Shown here piece by piece: positions 1 to 13,199 of a stretch of 56,518 nucleotides of DNA; positions within the stretch are counted from its first letter, which is position 1; each line of letters starts with the position of its first letter. The notes beneath the pieces were generated by a model. It was given only the letters and a program-made list of their open reading frames with translations. It was not told the origin of the DNA and did not search any database. Source of the stretch: Welwitschia mirabilis (Eukaryota); the NCBI GenBank assembly GCA_051453625.1, contig JBOZIK010000001.1, positions 2,999,880-3,056,397 of the forward strand, read 5' to 3'. Both the position numbers and the translations under genes were made by a program.

Positions 1-3000
1 AGTTGGGCTTTATGGATTAATTGATGATGGATGACACAACTTCTTTATTCATCAAGATTGTCTAATTGAGCTAATCTATATTTAAGGTTTTCATGAAAAT
101 CCATAAGATTAAGTTGATGAGATGCACAATATGAATTATAACACACATCAATCACTAATACATAAACTTTGCCATATACAAGTTCATAAGGTAAAAAACC
201 AAAAGAAGTACATGAAGTAGTACATTAAGCCCAAAGTACATTGTTAATTTTAGAAGTCTAAGACTTTTTATTAACAGAGACAATTTTTTGTAACATTTTC
301 TTTATTTCTCTATTGGCATTTTCAGCCTATCCATTAGTTTGAGGATGATAAGCACAAGCTACTATATGTTCTATACTAATGGAAAAAAGAAGTTTCTTAA
401 AAATCTGATTAATGAAATNNNNNNNNNNTCACTAATGATAATTCTAGGAAAACCAAATCTCTAAAAGATATAGGTTCTAAGAAAATGACAGATAGTTTAG
501 GCATTATTCGAGGAAGAAGACATGGCTTTAACCCATTTAGTCACGTAATCCATAGCCACTAAAATGTAATTTTTATCAGAAGAAGATGGATGAATAGGGC
601 CTATGAAATCAATATCCCAATAATCAAAAGGCTGATCTAAGGGGCATTTCTTATGAATGAACAAGGCTACTATAGTGTTGGTAAGGATCATACCTTCTAG
701 CAAAATCAAATGGATCATGAAAAATAGAAGATTAGTAAAAACTAGAATGGAGGATTTCTAGAGTAGTTTTATGTCCACTAAAATTTTCTCCACAAACACC
801 ATTGTGATAAAGATGAAGGATCTTAGGTATCTCTAAATCGGGCATACATTTTCTCATGATTTGGTCTTTACACCTATGATACAAATGTGGATCGATCCAC
901 TGATAGTCACTTATCTTATGAATAAAAGATTTTTGTTGGTTATAGATCTAGTGTTGTGGTGTTTTCATGGTCACAAGATAGTTAATAATGTCAGCATATC
1001 ATGGAGGAGAAGGATAAGAAGAGACAGTGAAAAGCTACTCATCAAGAAAAGAATCATCAATAATAGAATCATATGGAGGAGAAGGAAGTTAAGACAAGGG
1101 ATTAGTAACATAGTTATGCTTCCCTACTTTATCTATAATGGTTAAGATAAACTCTTGCATAAGAAGGATCCATCTAATCAAATCAGAACTAGAATCTTTC
1201 TTAGTTATGAGGTAACGAATGGTAGCATGGTTGGTGTAAACATTGGTATAAAAGCCCAAAAGATAATGTCTAAGAGAATCAAGGAAAAGGATAATAGCTA
1301 GCATCTCTTTCTCTGTAGTGGTATAGTTCATCTGAGATCTAGACAAAGATTTGCTATGATAAGATATAACTTTCAAATCATTTTCATATTTCTAACAAAG
1401 AACCTCACTCATGGAAAAGTTACTCACATCACATGTAAACTCAAAATTAAGTTCCCAATTAGGTCCTATTACTATAAGAACGTAAGATAATTTACATTTA
1501 AGCCTATCGAAAGTAAGTTTATAAGGTTCATTTTATTTGAATTTGAATTCTTTCTCTAGTAATAAGTGAAGGGCTTTACAAATAGTAGTGAAATCATGAA
1601 TGAATCGATGGTAAAGTCCATAATGACCAAGAAAAGATCGAACTTGTTTAACATTTTTAGAGAGACTCAGGTTTTGAATAATACCAACTTTAGAAGTGTC
1701 CATCTTAATCCTCTTCTGAGAGATATAGTGACATAAAACAATGCCAATTTCTACAAGAAAAAGACTCTTTTTTCAATTCAAGTAGAGGCCATTAGAAATG
1801 CAATATTCTAAGACTTCCTCTAAATAATCTAAGATTCATTCAAAAGTTTTAGCATAAATAGATAATTCATCCATAAAAATCTCAATGAAATCCTCAAGCA
1901 TATTAGAAAAGATACCTATCATAGCACATTGGAAAGTACTGGGAGCATTACAAAGTTCGAAAGCCATGCGTCTAAAAGCAAAAATACAAAAAAAAGAAGT
2001 GAAAGTAATTTTAGCTTGGTTCTCACTAGCAATGCAAACCTAGTTGTAATTACTATAATCATTAAGGAAATAGTAAAAAGCATGACCCTGAATCCTATCA
2101 AGAATCTGATCAATAAAAGATAAAAGATAGTGGTCTTTTTTAGTTATCTCATTAAGTTTTTGAAAGTCTATGCACATGCGTCATTTCCTGTTCTTTTTAG
2201 GAACTATTGTTAAGGGGCTAATCCACTCACTATCAATAATGGAGTAAATGATTCCAACATCTATTAGTTTAATGATTTCATCTTTTACAATTTTTTTAAG
2301 GGCTAGATTGAGTCTACGTTGTGGTTATCTCATAGGTTTAGCATTTTCTTTAAAGTAGATTTTATGTTGCATAATGGAAGTAGGTATGGTTATCAAATCA
2401 TTATGGAATCAAGCCAATGCATTTACCTTAGATTTAAGAAGAGATATAAGACTCAATTCTCATTGAGGAGTAAGGCTTTTATAGATAATCAAGGGTTTGT
2501 TTAGGTTACTATTCAAAAAAATGTATTTCATTCCACTGTATAAAGGTTTTAGGTTTAGGTTTAAACTAAAATTTTTAGTTTCTAAAAAATTTTTAGCATA
2601 ACATACTATCATCTCAGATGATTGTCCAAACGTTACTAGTGGATGACTACCCTAAAAATAAGAAATCTTATGTATACTAAATTCTTGGACTTTTGCACAG
2701 TTAATAAACTTAAATTTTCTACTCTTTGAATCAAAAAAATTAGTTGTCAGATGGTTAAATTCAAGTTTATCATCAAAAACATATAGGTAGTCTAGTTCCA
2801 ATTTATCATCAAATAAGGTTGGTTCATAAAGCATGAACCATCTTTTCTCAATTGGATCGTGCTATAAAAATATAGTTGGTTTAATTTTTTCCTCCACACT
2901 TAAATCATTACATAAATATTTTTTGGCTACATTAAAACTCTTATTTAAAATTATTTATTCCTAAAATGACACTTTATCAATCCAGTTCTAATATCTGTGA

Positions 3001-6000
3001 TACAATGTATTGTTGCATAAAAAGCTCTACATAGAAGTAAAGGATATTTAACATGGTACTCAACTTCTAAAACTACAACATTAATGGGGTAGAAAGATTC
3101 TTTTATCTGAATGACCAAGTCCTTGATCACACTTAATGATTTCTTCATAGAAGTATTGGATAACTCTAAGATAATCTATGTAGGTTCTACTCTTTATTCC
3201 AAACTAAGTCATTGACAAATGTGCAAAGGCATAATCTTGACACTAGCTCCAATATCTATCAAGGCTTTCTTTATTCTATGGTTTTCTTCTAAAGTGACAC
3301 TCACAGTTGTCACCCCTGGATCTTTAAACTTTATACATTTTTATTAAACCAAATTACTAATGGATTGATCTAGAAAGACTTTACTAGGGATGGTTCATTT
3401 TTGTTTTCTTCTTATTAAGTCTTTTCATAGCTTAGAATATCTTGGGTTTTCTTGTAAAAGTTTCTAAAATGGTAAGTTAATACTTATATTTTTCATTAAA
3501 TCTTTAAGATAATCATTAAAACATAATTTATGTTAAGCCTATTAAGCAATGGAGTCACAAGTTTCTTTTGTGAAGGTTCTTTATTTTTGTTATTTAATGA
3601 AAAAGAAAAATAATGGTTTTCTGATATTTTTATATCCTCTTCCTCATTATTCTTGTTACTTTGTGATGTTGAAGCCTCATGGGTAGAAGGAGTTACATAA
3701 TTTCTACTTATTTTCACCACCTTATAATATTTTTTTACTTCGTTAGTATTTAGTAAAGGTTAAGTGGCAAGAGAATATTATAGTTTTTAGTTAGTCAGCA
3801 TAGTTTGTTGTGAAATGCTCACAAGGTTTTCTATGTTGGTGTTTGTCTTTTCTTGTAATTTTTTTAACTCCTCAATGAAATTCTTAAGAGGATCACTATG
3901 GTTTTTGGAGTTGGATGAGCTTGTTAAGTTATTTGAGTTATTATATTAAAAGTTTAAGTTCTCAATTCTATTTCTGAAAGGTTAGAAGTTAGGATGGTGT
4001 GTTTCAAAATTTTTAGAGTTGAGTTGCTTACTCATATTATGTTAAAAGTTGTTGTGATTTTAGACTTGTCTTTGATTGTGATTTTGGTTGTAGTTTGGAG
4101 ATCTTTAATTAAAGGCACAAAATTCCTCATAAATTTTCTCTTTGTAAGTGGAAAGTAAGGGACAATCTTTGATAACATGGTAACTATCTTCACATAAATC
4201 ATAAGTAGGAACTACAACTTTGCTCTTTTTGGTTTCCACCTTTGTATTTAGAATCATTTGGATGTACTTTTCTAAAGAGGAGCTAAAATCCTTTATGACA
4301 TTAGTTGGTTCATTTTTAATTCTTATTTTATTTTTTTCTAGTTTTACATCTTTTAGATCTTTTATAATTTGGCCTACAGTTCAGTTTTCTCTAGGTGAGG
4401 GTTTANNNNNNNNNNNNNNNNNNNNNNNNNNNNNNNNNNNNNNNNNNNNNNNNNNNNNNNNNNNNNNNNNNNNNNNNNNNNNNNNNNNNNNNNNNNNNNN
4501 NNNNNATAAGGTTTTTGCTGATAATAAATGGTTTGTTTCGGTCATTATTTAGGAAAATGTATTTTAGTTCACTCTGTAAAGGTTTTAGTTTCAGGTTTAA
4601 GCTCAGATTTTTAGTTTCTAAAAAATTTTTAGAATTATAGACTGTTGTTTTAAATGATCGTTCGGATGTCAGTATTGGACAACTGGCCTCAAAATAATAA
4701 ATCTCATGTCTACTAAATTCTTGAACTTATACTCAACTGACAAACTTAGAATCTCTACTCTCCAGATCAGAAAACTCAGTTGTGAGATGATCAAAATTAA
4801 GTTAATTATCAAAAACATACAGGTAGTCTACTTTTGATTTATTATCAAATAGGATTGATTCGTGAAGCATGGACCATCTTTCCTTAAGTGGACGGTGCTA
4901 TAGAAATAGAGTTGATCTAATTTCTTCCTCTAAACTCAAATCATTACCTAATCTTTTTTGGCTACATCAAATACTCTTATTGAAAATTATTTATTCTCAA
5001 AATGACACTTTATCAATCTGGTTCTTGTATCTATAATACAGTGGGCTGTTGCACAGAAAGGTCTACTTAGAAGTAAAGGATATCCACCATGGTGCTTAAC
5101 TTCTAAAATGACTACTTCAATAGAGTAGAAAGCTTCTTCTATCTAAATGACTAAGTTCTTGATCACCCTAATGGTTTCTTTAAGAAGTATCAGCTAACTC
5201 TAAGATAATCTATGTAAGTTCTACTCTTTCTTTCAAACCAGATCATTGACAAATATGTAAGAGCATAATGTTGACACTAGCTTTAATATCTATTAAGGCT
5301 TTCTTTATCCTATGATTTTCTTCTAAAGTGATAGTCACAGTTGCTGGCCCCAGATCTTTAAACTTAGACATTTTTGGCAAACCAAATTGCTAACAAATTG
5401 AGCTAGGAAGACTTTACTAGGGATGATTCATTTCTGTTTTCTTCTTATTAAGTCTTTCCATAGATAAGAATATCTTGGGTTTTCTTATAAAAGTTTCCAA
5501 AATGATAAGTTGATGCTTACATTTTGCATTAAGGCTTTTAAATGATCATCAAAACGGGGTTTTTGTTAAGCCTATCAAGATATAGGATAGTAGCTTTCTA
5601 TTGTAAAGGATATTTCTTTTTGTTACTTAATGAAGAAGGGAAAAAATGGTTTTCTAAGATCTCTATGTCCTCTTCCTTATCATTCTTGTCACTTTGTGAT
5701 GTTAAAGCCTCATGGGTAGGAGAATTTGTGTTAGTTTCACCTCTTATCATCACCTTATAATCTTTTCTAACTTTTTTTGGATTTAGTAAAGTTTAAGTGG
5801 TAAGAGACCCTTGTGGTCTTTGGTTGTCAAGCATAGTTTGTTGTAGGATGCTCACAAGGTTTTCTATGTTGGTGTTTGTCTATTATTGTGTTTTTCTCAA
5901 CTCCTCAATGGAATTACTAAAAGGATCACTATGGTTTTGGGAGTTGGATGATCTTACCAAGTTGTTTGAGCTATTAGATTAAAAGTTTAAGTTCTCAAAT

Positions 6001-7173
6001 TTATTTCTAAAAGGTTGGAAGTTATGATGATGTGTTTAAGAATTTCTAGAGTTCGGTTGTTCACTCATTTTATGTTAAAAGTTACTATAATTTTGGACTT
6101 ATCTTTGATTATGATTTTGATTGTAGTTTAAATATTTATAGTTAAAGGCACAAACTTCCTCATAAATTTTCTCTTTATAAGTAGGAAGCAAGGGATAATC
6201 TTTGGTAACATGGTAACTATCTTCAGACAAATCATAGGATGGAACTACAATTTCACTCTTCTTGGTTGCTACCTTAGCATCAAGAATCATTTGGATGTAT
6301 TTTACTAAGTAGAGATGAAATCCTTTATGACATTAGCTAGTTTATTTTCTATTCTTATTTTTTTTTCTTATTTTACCTCTTTTAGATCTTTAATGATTTG
6401 GTCTATAGTTTGGTTTTCTCTAGGTGATGGCTTAGGCCATGTTTGACTCACTTCTACCAAATCTTCTAATACTTTTTCAAGCATCATATAGGATTTGATT
6501 CAACAAGTTTCCTCCACACAAAAAATATCTAAGTTGCTTTGTGTGATTATTCAATTCACTGTAAAAATAATCAACTATATCTACCTATAAAAAGTCATCT
6601 ACAAGGTTCGAATGTAAAAGCATAATCTTCATTAGGCATTTGTTGGAAGTTGATGACTTCTTTCTTATACTTTCAAATAGTGGTTTCACTCATAAAGCTC
6701 TTAATGAAAGCTTCCTGATCTTGACTCTAAGATTTTAAACTTTTGTGAAGAATAATTTTAAGCCATAGTTTTACTTTATCTCTTAAAGTTATGGGGAAGA
6801 TGATCATGTAGGTTATATCACTTATACATCTTTTACCATCTCCGAAAGTAAGGACAAGTTGTTCTATATTGACAATGTGTTGTAAAGGATCTTCATTGGA
6901 ATCTCCACTAAAGGTAGGATATGCGCTTAAGTTATAGAGCTCTACATCATCACTAGGAGATAAGTCAAAAGGATATTGGATTTCATATTTTTTATTTGCT
7001 ATGAGATATCTAAGAGTGACATTGACATTGGTATGAGCAGGAGTGGTTGTAGTGGTTTCAATGNNNNNNNNNNTAGAAATTGTAGAAATTTCAAAATCTT
7101 GTGTACATTCGCTATTTTTACCTGTTTCAATTTCTATATTTATTAAACCTTCTCTAATATTTTTAGTAATCAA
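1..7173 (-). mobile_element. Decayed Ty3/gypsy (Athila-like) gag-pol: gag, protease, RT, RNase H, integrase; many stops and frameshifts; runs off the left edge
   Basis: Minus-strand motifs in gypsy order. Gag PTFSGDSNEDPLQHI and FPITLRDKVKLWL (ORF 6727-7173). KFKDPG and ALIDIGASV protease (~3240-3330). RT AFRRMAFELCNAPSTFQ (~1930-1980) and IEIFMDELS (~1862-1888). RNase H NYTTTEKEMLAI...LIRWILLMQEF (ORF 1089-1376). Integrase WDIDFIGP...YILVAMDYVTKWV (ORF 497-718) and YHPQTNG (~330-350). Confidence 0.92.
2471..6434. repeat. Two diverged ~1.9 kb copies of the gag-protease segment (2471-4405 and 4507-6434) separated by a 100-N gap
   Basis: Collinear at an offset of ~2030 nt, e.g. taaggcttttatagataatc (2471) vs taaggtttttgctgataata (4507), and aaaatgacactttatcaatc in both copies. 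Many substitutions between them. Confidence 0.9.
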
Positions 7174-7677
7174 TAGCTACTCTCTCTAGTATTTTTCTTT
7201 CTTACCAGATTTTACAATTCATGCTTAGCCTTGGATGTACAAAGTATCATCCCTGTCATTATCTGAAAAATATCTTGGATGACAAAAACCACCAAAAAAA
7301 AGAAAAAGCAAAAAACAGAAATGAAAGATGATTCTAACANNNNNNNNNNNNNNNNNNNNNNNNNNNNNNNNNNNNNNNNNNNNNNNNNNNNNNNNNNNNN
7401 NNNNNNNNNNNNNNNNNNNNNNNNNNNNNNNNNNNNNNNNNNNNNNNNNNNNNNNNNNNNNNNNNNNNNNNNNNNNCTGGATGATAAAGCGAATAATTGA
7501 TTTTTTATTACAGAATAGAAAATAAACTTTGATTTTAAAAAAAAAAAAAGAAATGAAAACTGACTCTGCAAAAGTGGAAAACCTATGCTACTATAGATAC
7601 TGGTACACTACTACTACAGCAAGCATTTGAACCAAAATACTTACTAAAGTAATAATAACTCTCAAACTCTAAGTAAC

Positions 7678-7699
7678 CTTCCCCAGCAATGGTGCCAAG
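7678..7699 (-). promoter_or_regulatory. Primer-binding site of the Athila-like element (tRNA-Asp type, decayed)
   Basis: Minus strand reads TGGCACCATTGCTGGGGA, matching the Athila-type TGGCGCCGTTGCCGGGGA except at CpG positions. It directly follows the LTR end ...GCAACA. Confidence 0.8.
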
Positions 7700-7700
7700 A

Positions 7701-8851
7701 TGTTGCAATGCGTATTTATGTAATGCTTATATCCTGAGTAGAATCCTGTTAATCACAAAGGTACACTCAATAGGGCCTAAACAAGCCCTACTAGAAATAG
7801 GCAGGGGGTATCCCCAAATACTGTTATGATCCTATGCATTAGTGCACAAACATAACACATTAATATAAATAGGAGTTGACCCAAATATCATAATCCGTTG
7901 AAGGCCAAAGTAGGAAATAAAAGAGTTGCTTTCAAAAGAAAAATACTTATATCCTAATCTATATAAATAACTTGCAATACATGAAAGTAAAGTAAAATAC
8001 ACTTCTGCAAAGTTAATTTAAGAAAAAGAAACAAGAAGTCACTTATCCTAAACTAACCAAGCATAACCTTGATAAGGGTTACCCTCATAACCTATATCAC
8101 TAGAGAAACTGTCACTAGATCTGAAGCAACATAAGCTATGAATGATAGAAACATTTACACATTAAAAGCATAAAAGGAAATTTTTTGTATTAAGAATTGA
8201 ACAACATCCATGTTACAAAGTAGTCGCACCTCAATGAAGAAAACGCTATCCAATACCAAGGAAACGTCTCTTTGGAACTACAAGATGGATCTCTAGCCTT
8301 TTGATCTCCTGTTATGAGAATTTCAAATGCAAATGAAGACAAGTAGAAGTTGAGGGCTAGATATCTATTTATTGACTCAAATACATAATGACACAAATAG
8401 AAAGGCACAGTCAAACTGTAATGGCCATGCAAATGGAAAACGGAAATATAAGTAGCAGAAGTTTAGTGAATGTTTAATACAAACGTTATAATAGTATCAT
8501 CCGCTTAGTCGTCTAGATGATAGAGGAGATGATGCCACCTCATAATTAATCCACATCAGCTGCTAAATAGAATTTAATCAGTATCTAGTTGGCATGGTCT
8601 TTCGTATAGTCATCAAGACAATGAGGTGGATGATGGCCTTCAATAATTCTTCAGTTATTGCATTAGCCTCAATGTTTGCAGAAAGTTAACCTTAGAAATC
8701 CAAAGTGTTCATATTTGTTCAGAATGCTATAAATTATCATGGAGATTGCATATTTTCATTCTTTTCGTCTTATCTCTCCATTATCATGGAAACCAAGCAT
8801 TTATCTATTTACCTACACCCTATCAAATATGCATAAGTTGGCAGTGTAACA
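7701..8851 (-). mobile_element. 5' LTR of the Athila-like element (~1150 bp)
   Basis: Termini tgttgca (7701) and tgtaaca (8851), adjacent to the PBS. The 8851 end (cataagttggcagtgtaaca) resembles the LTR end at 35272 (cataaattggcatcgcaaca). Confidence 0.7.
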
Positions 8852-8949
8852 AACAACCATTTTTTTCATGAATGCAAGTGGAGTACAAGTTTATTAGGAT
8901 TAATGATAAGTAATTACTCAATAAGACAAAACTTTATGTGGTAACAGAC

Positions 8950-10290
8950 AAAAGTGATTAGGATAATAATATGGTAGATTTGGTATACTAGAAATGACAT
9001 CATCTTCAGTAATGCTCCTCTTTCCATTCCTATTAAAACATCCAAGAGGATTCAATGGTAGGCGGTAATGGGAGTTACACTGACATATGAGGTAGCAAAC
9101 CCAAGCCTCTTTGAAGGCTATCTAGAGCTCTTAAGTAAGGTATGGGTAATAAGATGGAAGGGCTTACTACACAGCTTAAAGAAGGAGGCAGATAGTGATA
9201 TCACCCCTTTCTTTAGGCGATAGAAAGGAAATAGGACCACATTCAAAAGAATACCAATCGAGATTACTAAAGAAGCATTAGCTCAATACTATGAAATTCT
9301 AGTGGAAGGGGATAAGATTCCCCTTAAATGAAGAGGACAAAGGCAATCCTTTTACTTCTTTCTAGGTGATATCCTTAAGCCCTATAGCAGACATATTAGT
9401 AGAAAAGTACTTCCACCCCCAGGGGCATGAGGAGTGAATTAGTAAATAGGTATTTTATTCACTTGAGTTATTCCTTAAAGCTCACTAGGATGCATTTCAT
9501 ATTTCTTAAAGCCCTTAACCTAGCACATTACATTAACTTGTCATACTTCTTTCTTTAAACTTTGAGAAGAAAAGGCACCACTTGGTATTCTAGCCTTATC
9601 ATAGCCATATAGAAAGCAATGAAAGATAGTGAAACAAAAAGGAAGGCTTCCTCCCCTCTAACATAGGAAAATAAATGAAGTCCAACAACAAAGTGCAAAG
9701 AAGAAGATAAGGATAAAGAAAGTCAAAGGTCAGTAATAGAAGCAAGGAAATGAGCATAGTACTCAAGCACTAAGGAAGGGGACCTCATCCTCGATAAAGG
9801 AAGTGCATGAATAGTTAGAGATGATTTTTCTTCCCCCAAAAGAGCACAAACCCATAGAACAAGACAAGGAGTAAGAGCCAACTAATTACGGCCTAACCCA
9901 AAATTCATCAAAGGAGCATCTTATTGAGGAACTAGAAATTCCAAAGATAAATGAAAAGGTAGAGCTCCAAAATCAAATAAACATCAATTCTAAATAAATA
10001 CCTCTGACTGATCATGAGGACATTGACATGAAATAAGCCAGAAAAGAGGTTATGTATGCCACAATTTAAGGTATGTAAAAATGTTTCTTTATAGTTCTTG
10101 AAATCATTCATAGAGCATCTTTAAAACATGATTAAAAAAAGCTACTAGAAGGAAACCTTAAGGCTTCATCCAAACAAGAATAAAGTAGGAGTGGAGGAAT
10201 TCAAGGAAGTCAAGCAGGCCTTTTAGGTATTGGTAGATGAAATGGATAGGTTGTTGGTCCAACAACATCATAGTGACTTATTCCCAAATT
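8950..10290 (+). pseudogene. Decayed retroelement-derived ORF: an L1-like W-x-IW-x-x-RN-x-x-IF motif followed in frame by a probable gypsy accessory ORF
   Basis: One frame from 8972 reads W*IWYTRNDIIFSN...MGVTLTYE...RWKGLLHSLKKEADSDITPFF...IEITKEALAQYYEILVEGDKIP with scattered stops. Family assignment is from memory of motifs only. Confidence 0.4.
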
Positions 10291-11211
10291 GTAGGGGATA
10301 CTAATCTTTTCTAGTTCTAGGTTCAGTTTAGTAATCTCTCTTCTTTTTGTTTAACAATATCCAGTCTAGAACAAGGATGTAATCATCCCAATTTTATAGT
10401 TAATCTCTTTTGATTGTATTCAACACCGCCTATGAGTCAAGCATTATATCCTAGAAGTGGCATAACTCCGTTTTTGGTAGTCCTTTGTTGGGAGACAATA
10501 GTTCTCTCTTAGCCTATAAATACTACATGCTAACACATATTTCAGTTATTATTATCTCAAAAAAAAATATTATAAACAATACCACAATATTTTTAATAGT
10601 GGCATATTAAAATATAGTATGAAAAAAATAACTTAAGCACTTTTTTAATAACAGAGGCTATTACTATACTGATGCTGTTGAATAGATTAACATGATAAAA
10701 TTTTACATGCTTAATCCTTTGTAGGTTTCAATAGTGATTGACAAAACTTCTAAGAACTTACCTAATGTCTCAAACCCTCATAATAAGTTTCTAGAAGGAC
10801 CTCCTCTATAAACAATCTTATTATCACTTCACTTAGTTAAATTTAGCTTATAATAATAAAAATCCCTTATATACTTATATTATACATGCTTACAAGTAGT
10901 GGATTTATAAGGTTAATTGAAAACGATTGAATTTAACACTTGTGGTATTAAGTATTGCTACTTTATTACTAGACTTAAATGTGAATATCACATGTTCAAG
11001 CTCTTAAATTTCTATTCTTAGTTAAACCACATACAATTACTTACATTTATTCATAATGTTTTGAATTCATTTATAATTAAAAAAGGCTATACTTATTGCT
11101 AATATACTAATCATGTTATAACATTAATCATAAATGTAATTCTAAAAAAAACATAAAAGAAATATTAATTTTTTATACTTGTCAATTCCCTTATCTAATG
11201 CTCTACTAGCA

Positions 11212-12710
11212 TGTTATTTTTTGAAGTTAGTTTTCACTACGAACTATAATTATTCATTAGAGTAAAATGAAAATGTCAAATAAAATGGTAAGGACCTAGT
11301 ATTATTCTTTCACAGGGATATTTATGATAAATTAATTAAAAGTAACACAATAATTAAATCCTACAATGAAATAAAATGAAAGTAAAATTCAAGAGTTTGA
11401 GAGAAGTTAGTGAACTAAGGTTGGTGATATAGGAAGATGAACATGCTCTAAAGGTCTAGATTGGCTTGTCCAATAACCTGCTTTTACTCCAAAAATTCTT
11501 GTAAATCCTAAGACATAAAATTCAAATCATTAAGTCATGGTAACTTAGGCATGATGATATAATCTCATTTAGCACCTCAGTATTGATAAATTCAATAGTC
11601 ACTTTGGTCCTTTATACCCTTTATGAACATAGAAAGTCAATATATTTATCCTTAAGATCTATAACATGATATCAACTATAACCAAAAAGTAAATTTAGAG
11701 AATTTACTTAGTCCTAAAGATCTTGATGATGTAGTCTCATCTAACAATTAATAGTATCATGTTAATGTGCACTAGAAATTAAAAAATAAACAACTACTAA
11801 AACATTATGTACAAAAAAGAGTTTCATCTAAGGATTAATAATACCATGTTAATGTGCACTCAAATCAAAGCATGAATACTATTCCTTATATTAATTCATA
11901 AAATACATAACATCGAGAGAGGAAAATGAAGTTGAAATGAAATCCTCAAACTAGCCTTAGAGTCCATTCCAAAGGGAGGTGCTTAAAAAGCCATAACATT
12001 TAAATACTTTAAGTATTTTCACAATGTTTTGCTAACCAAAAATTCTTTACAATGAGGGCTCAAGGCCCTTTTACAGATGAGGAAGGGATTAAGGAACTTT
12101 GACATGTTATAATTAGTTGCAGTTACATTAGGAAAGGTTACACTTTTAAGTGGTTACATTAGGAGGAGATTACAAAGTTGTCATGTAGTCCTAATGGATG
12201 ATTCTTTGTCTTTTAATGAAAAAAAAGTGATGACTTGTCCTTTGAATGATTATGTAGCTATTACATGATGTCATGTCATGTTGCCTCCATGTCCTTATGC
12301 TCATTACCAGTACATGTCACTACAACATGTTGTTTTACAGCTTTGCCATGTATCATTGAGGTTATTAATTAAATATAAGTTAACATCTCATTAAATCCAT
12401 AAGTGAAATGTAATGTTCTTCTTCTAAATATTTGAGAATGTAAGAATGAACTCATTCTACCATGAAATACTAGTTATGTCAATGACCTGGATGATAGTAC
12501 TGACATTTTCTAATTGATCTTCTTCAAATTACAGCATATCCTTCAGAAACTAGCAATTAACTTGAAGTACTATGGAAAAGTTCATAATTTCATGAAACAT
12601 GATAAAAAGGATAAAACATTAATTTTTGATAAAATCACTAATTTAATGTCTTTAACTATGCAAAATTGATCAAATATACTTGCTTGGAATGTCAATTTTA
12701 CATGTAAACA
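11212..12710 (-). mobile_element. Athila-type 3' LTR (left boundary approximate)
   Basis: Minus strand starts TGTTTACATG at 12710, after a PPT-like GTTAATGGGTG. The flank (cacacccattaactagagttttactagactct) resembles the PPT flank at 35273 (cagccccctacttagccttgttagtccct). The Athila-like cacaggga motif is at ~11311. Confidence 0.55.
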
Positions 12711-13199
12711 CACCCATTAACTAGAGTTTTACTAGACTCTTAGTAAAAAGTTGATAAAGAAATGACAAGCATGGAAAACTCGTCAAATTGAAATATTCAA
12801 GTATGAAAATAATACAACTTTTAAAAATTTTAATTAATTTTAAAAAATAAAGCATCAAATTTTGAAAATTCTATGAAAAATGGATGCATTACCCATTGAC
12901 TAAACTAAACTTTATCATCAAAGTTAAAAATATAAAAAATTTTAATATAATATCTTTGAAAATAAGTTAAAGTTTTTAAAAAGAAAATTTTACATTATAT
13001 GGTTTTTCATACAATAAGCTAGAAACTTATTTCTATGTAAACACTTCAAAACTATAGGAAACTATAATACAAAAATTCTAAACAAGCATGCAAATGGCTT
13101 ATTATAACATATTTTAAAACACTATAATAAAACACACTTAAATGCATGCAAATTTCTACAAAAAGATCTTCTAAAAGAGACTAAATGTTCTAGTTTTTT

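Noticed and set aside
10289..10545. TGTAGGGG...CTATAAATA as an LTR start
   Set aside because: Plausible, but there is no clear PPT, end motif or partner LTR, so it is not called.
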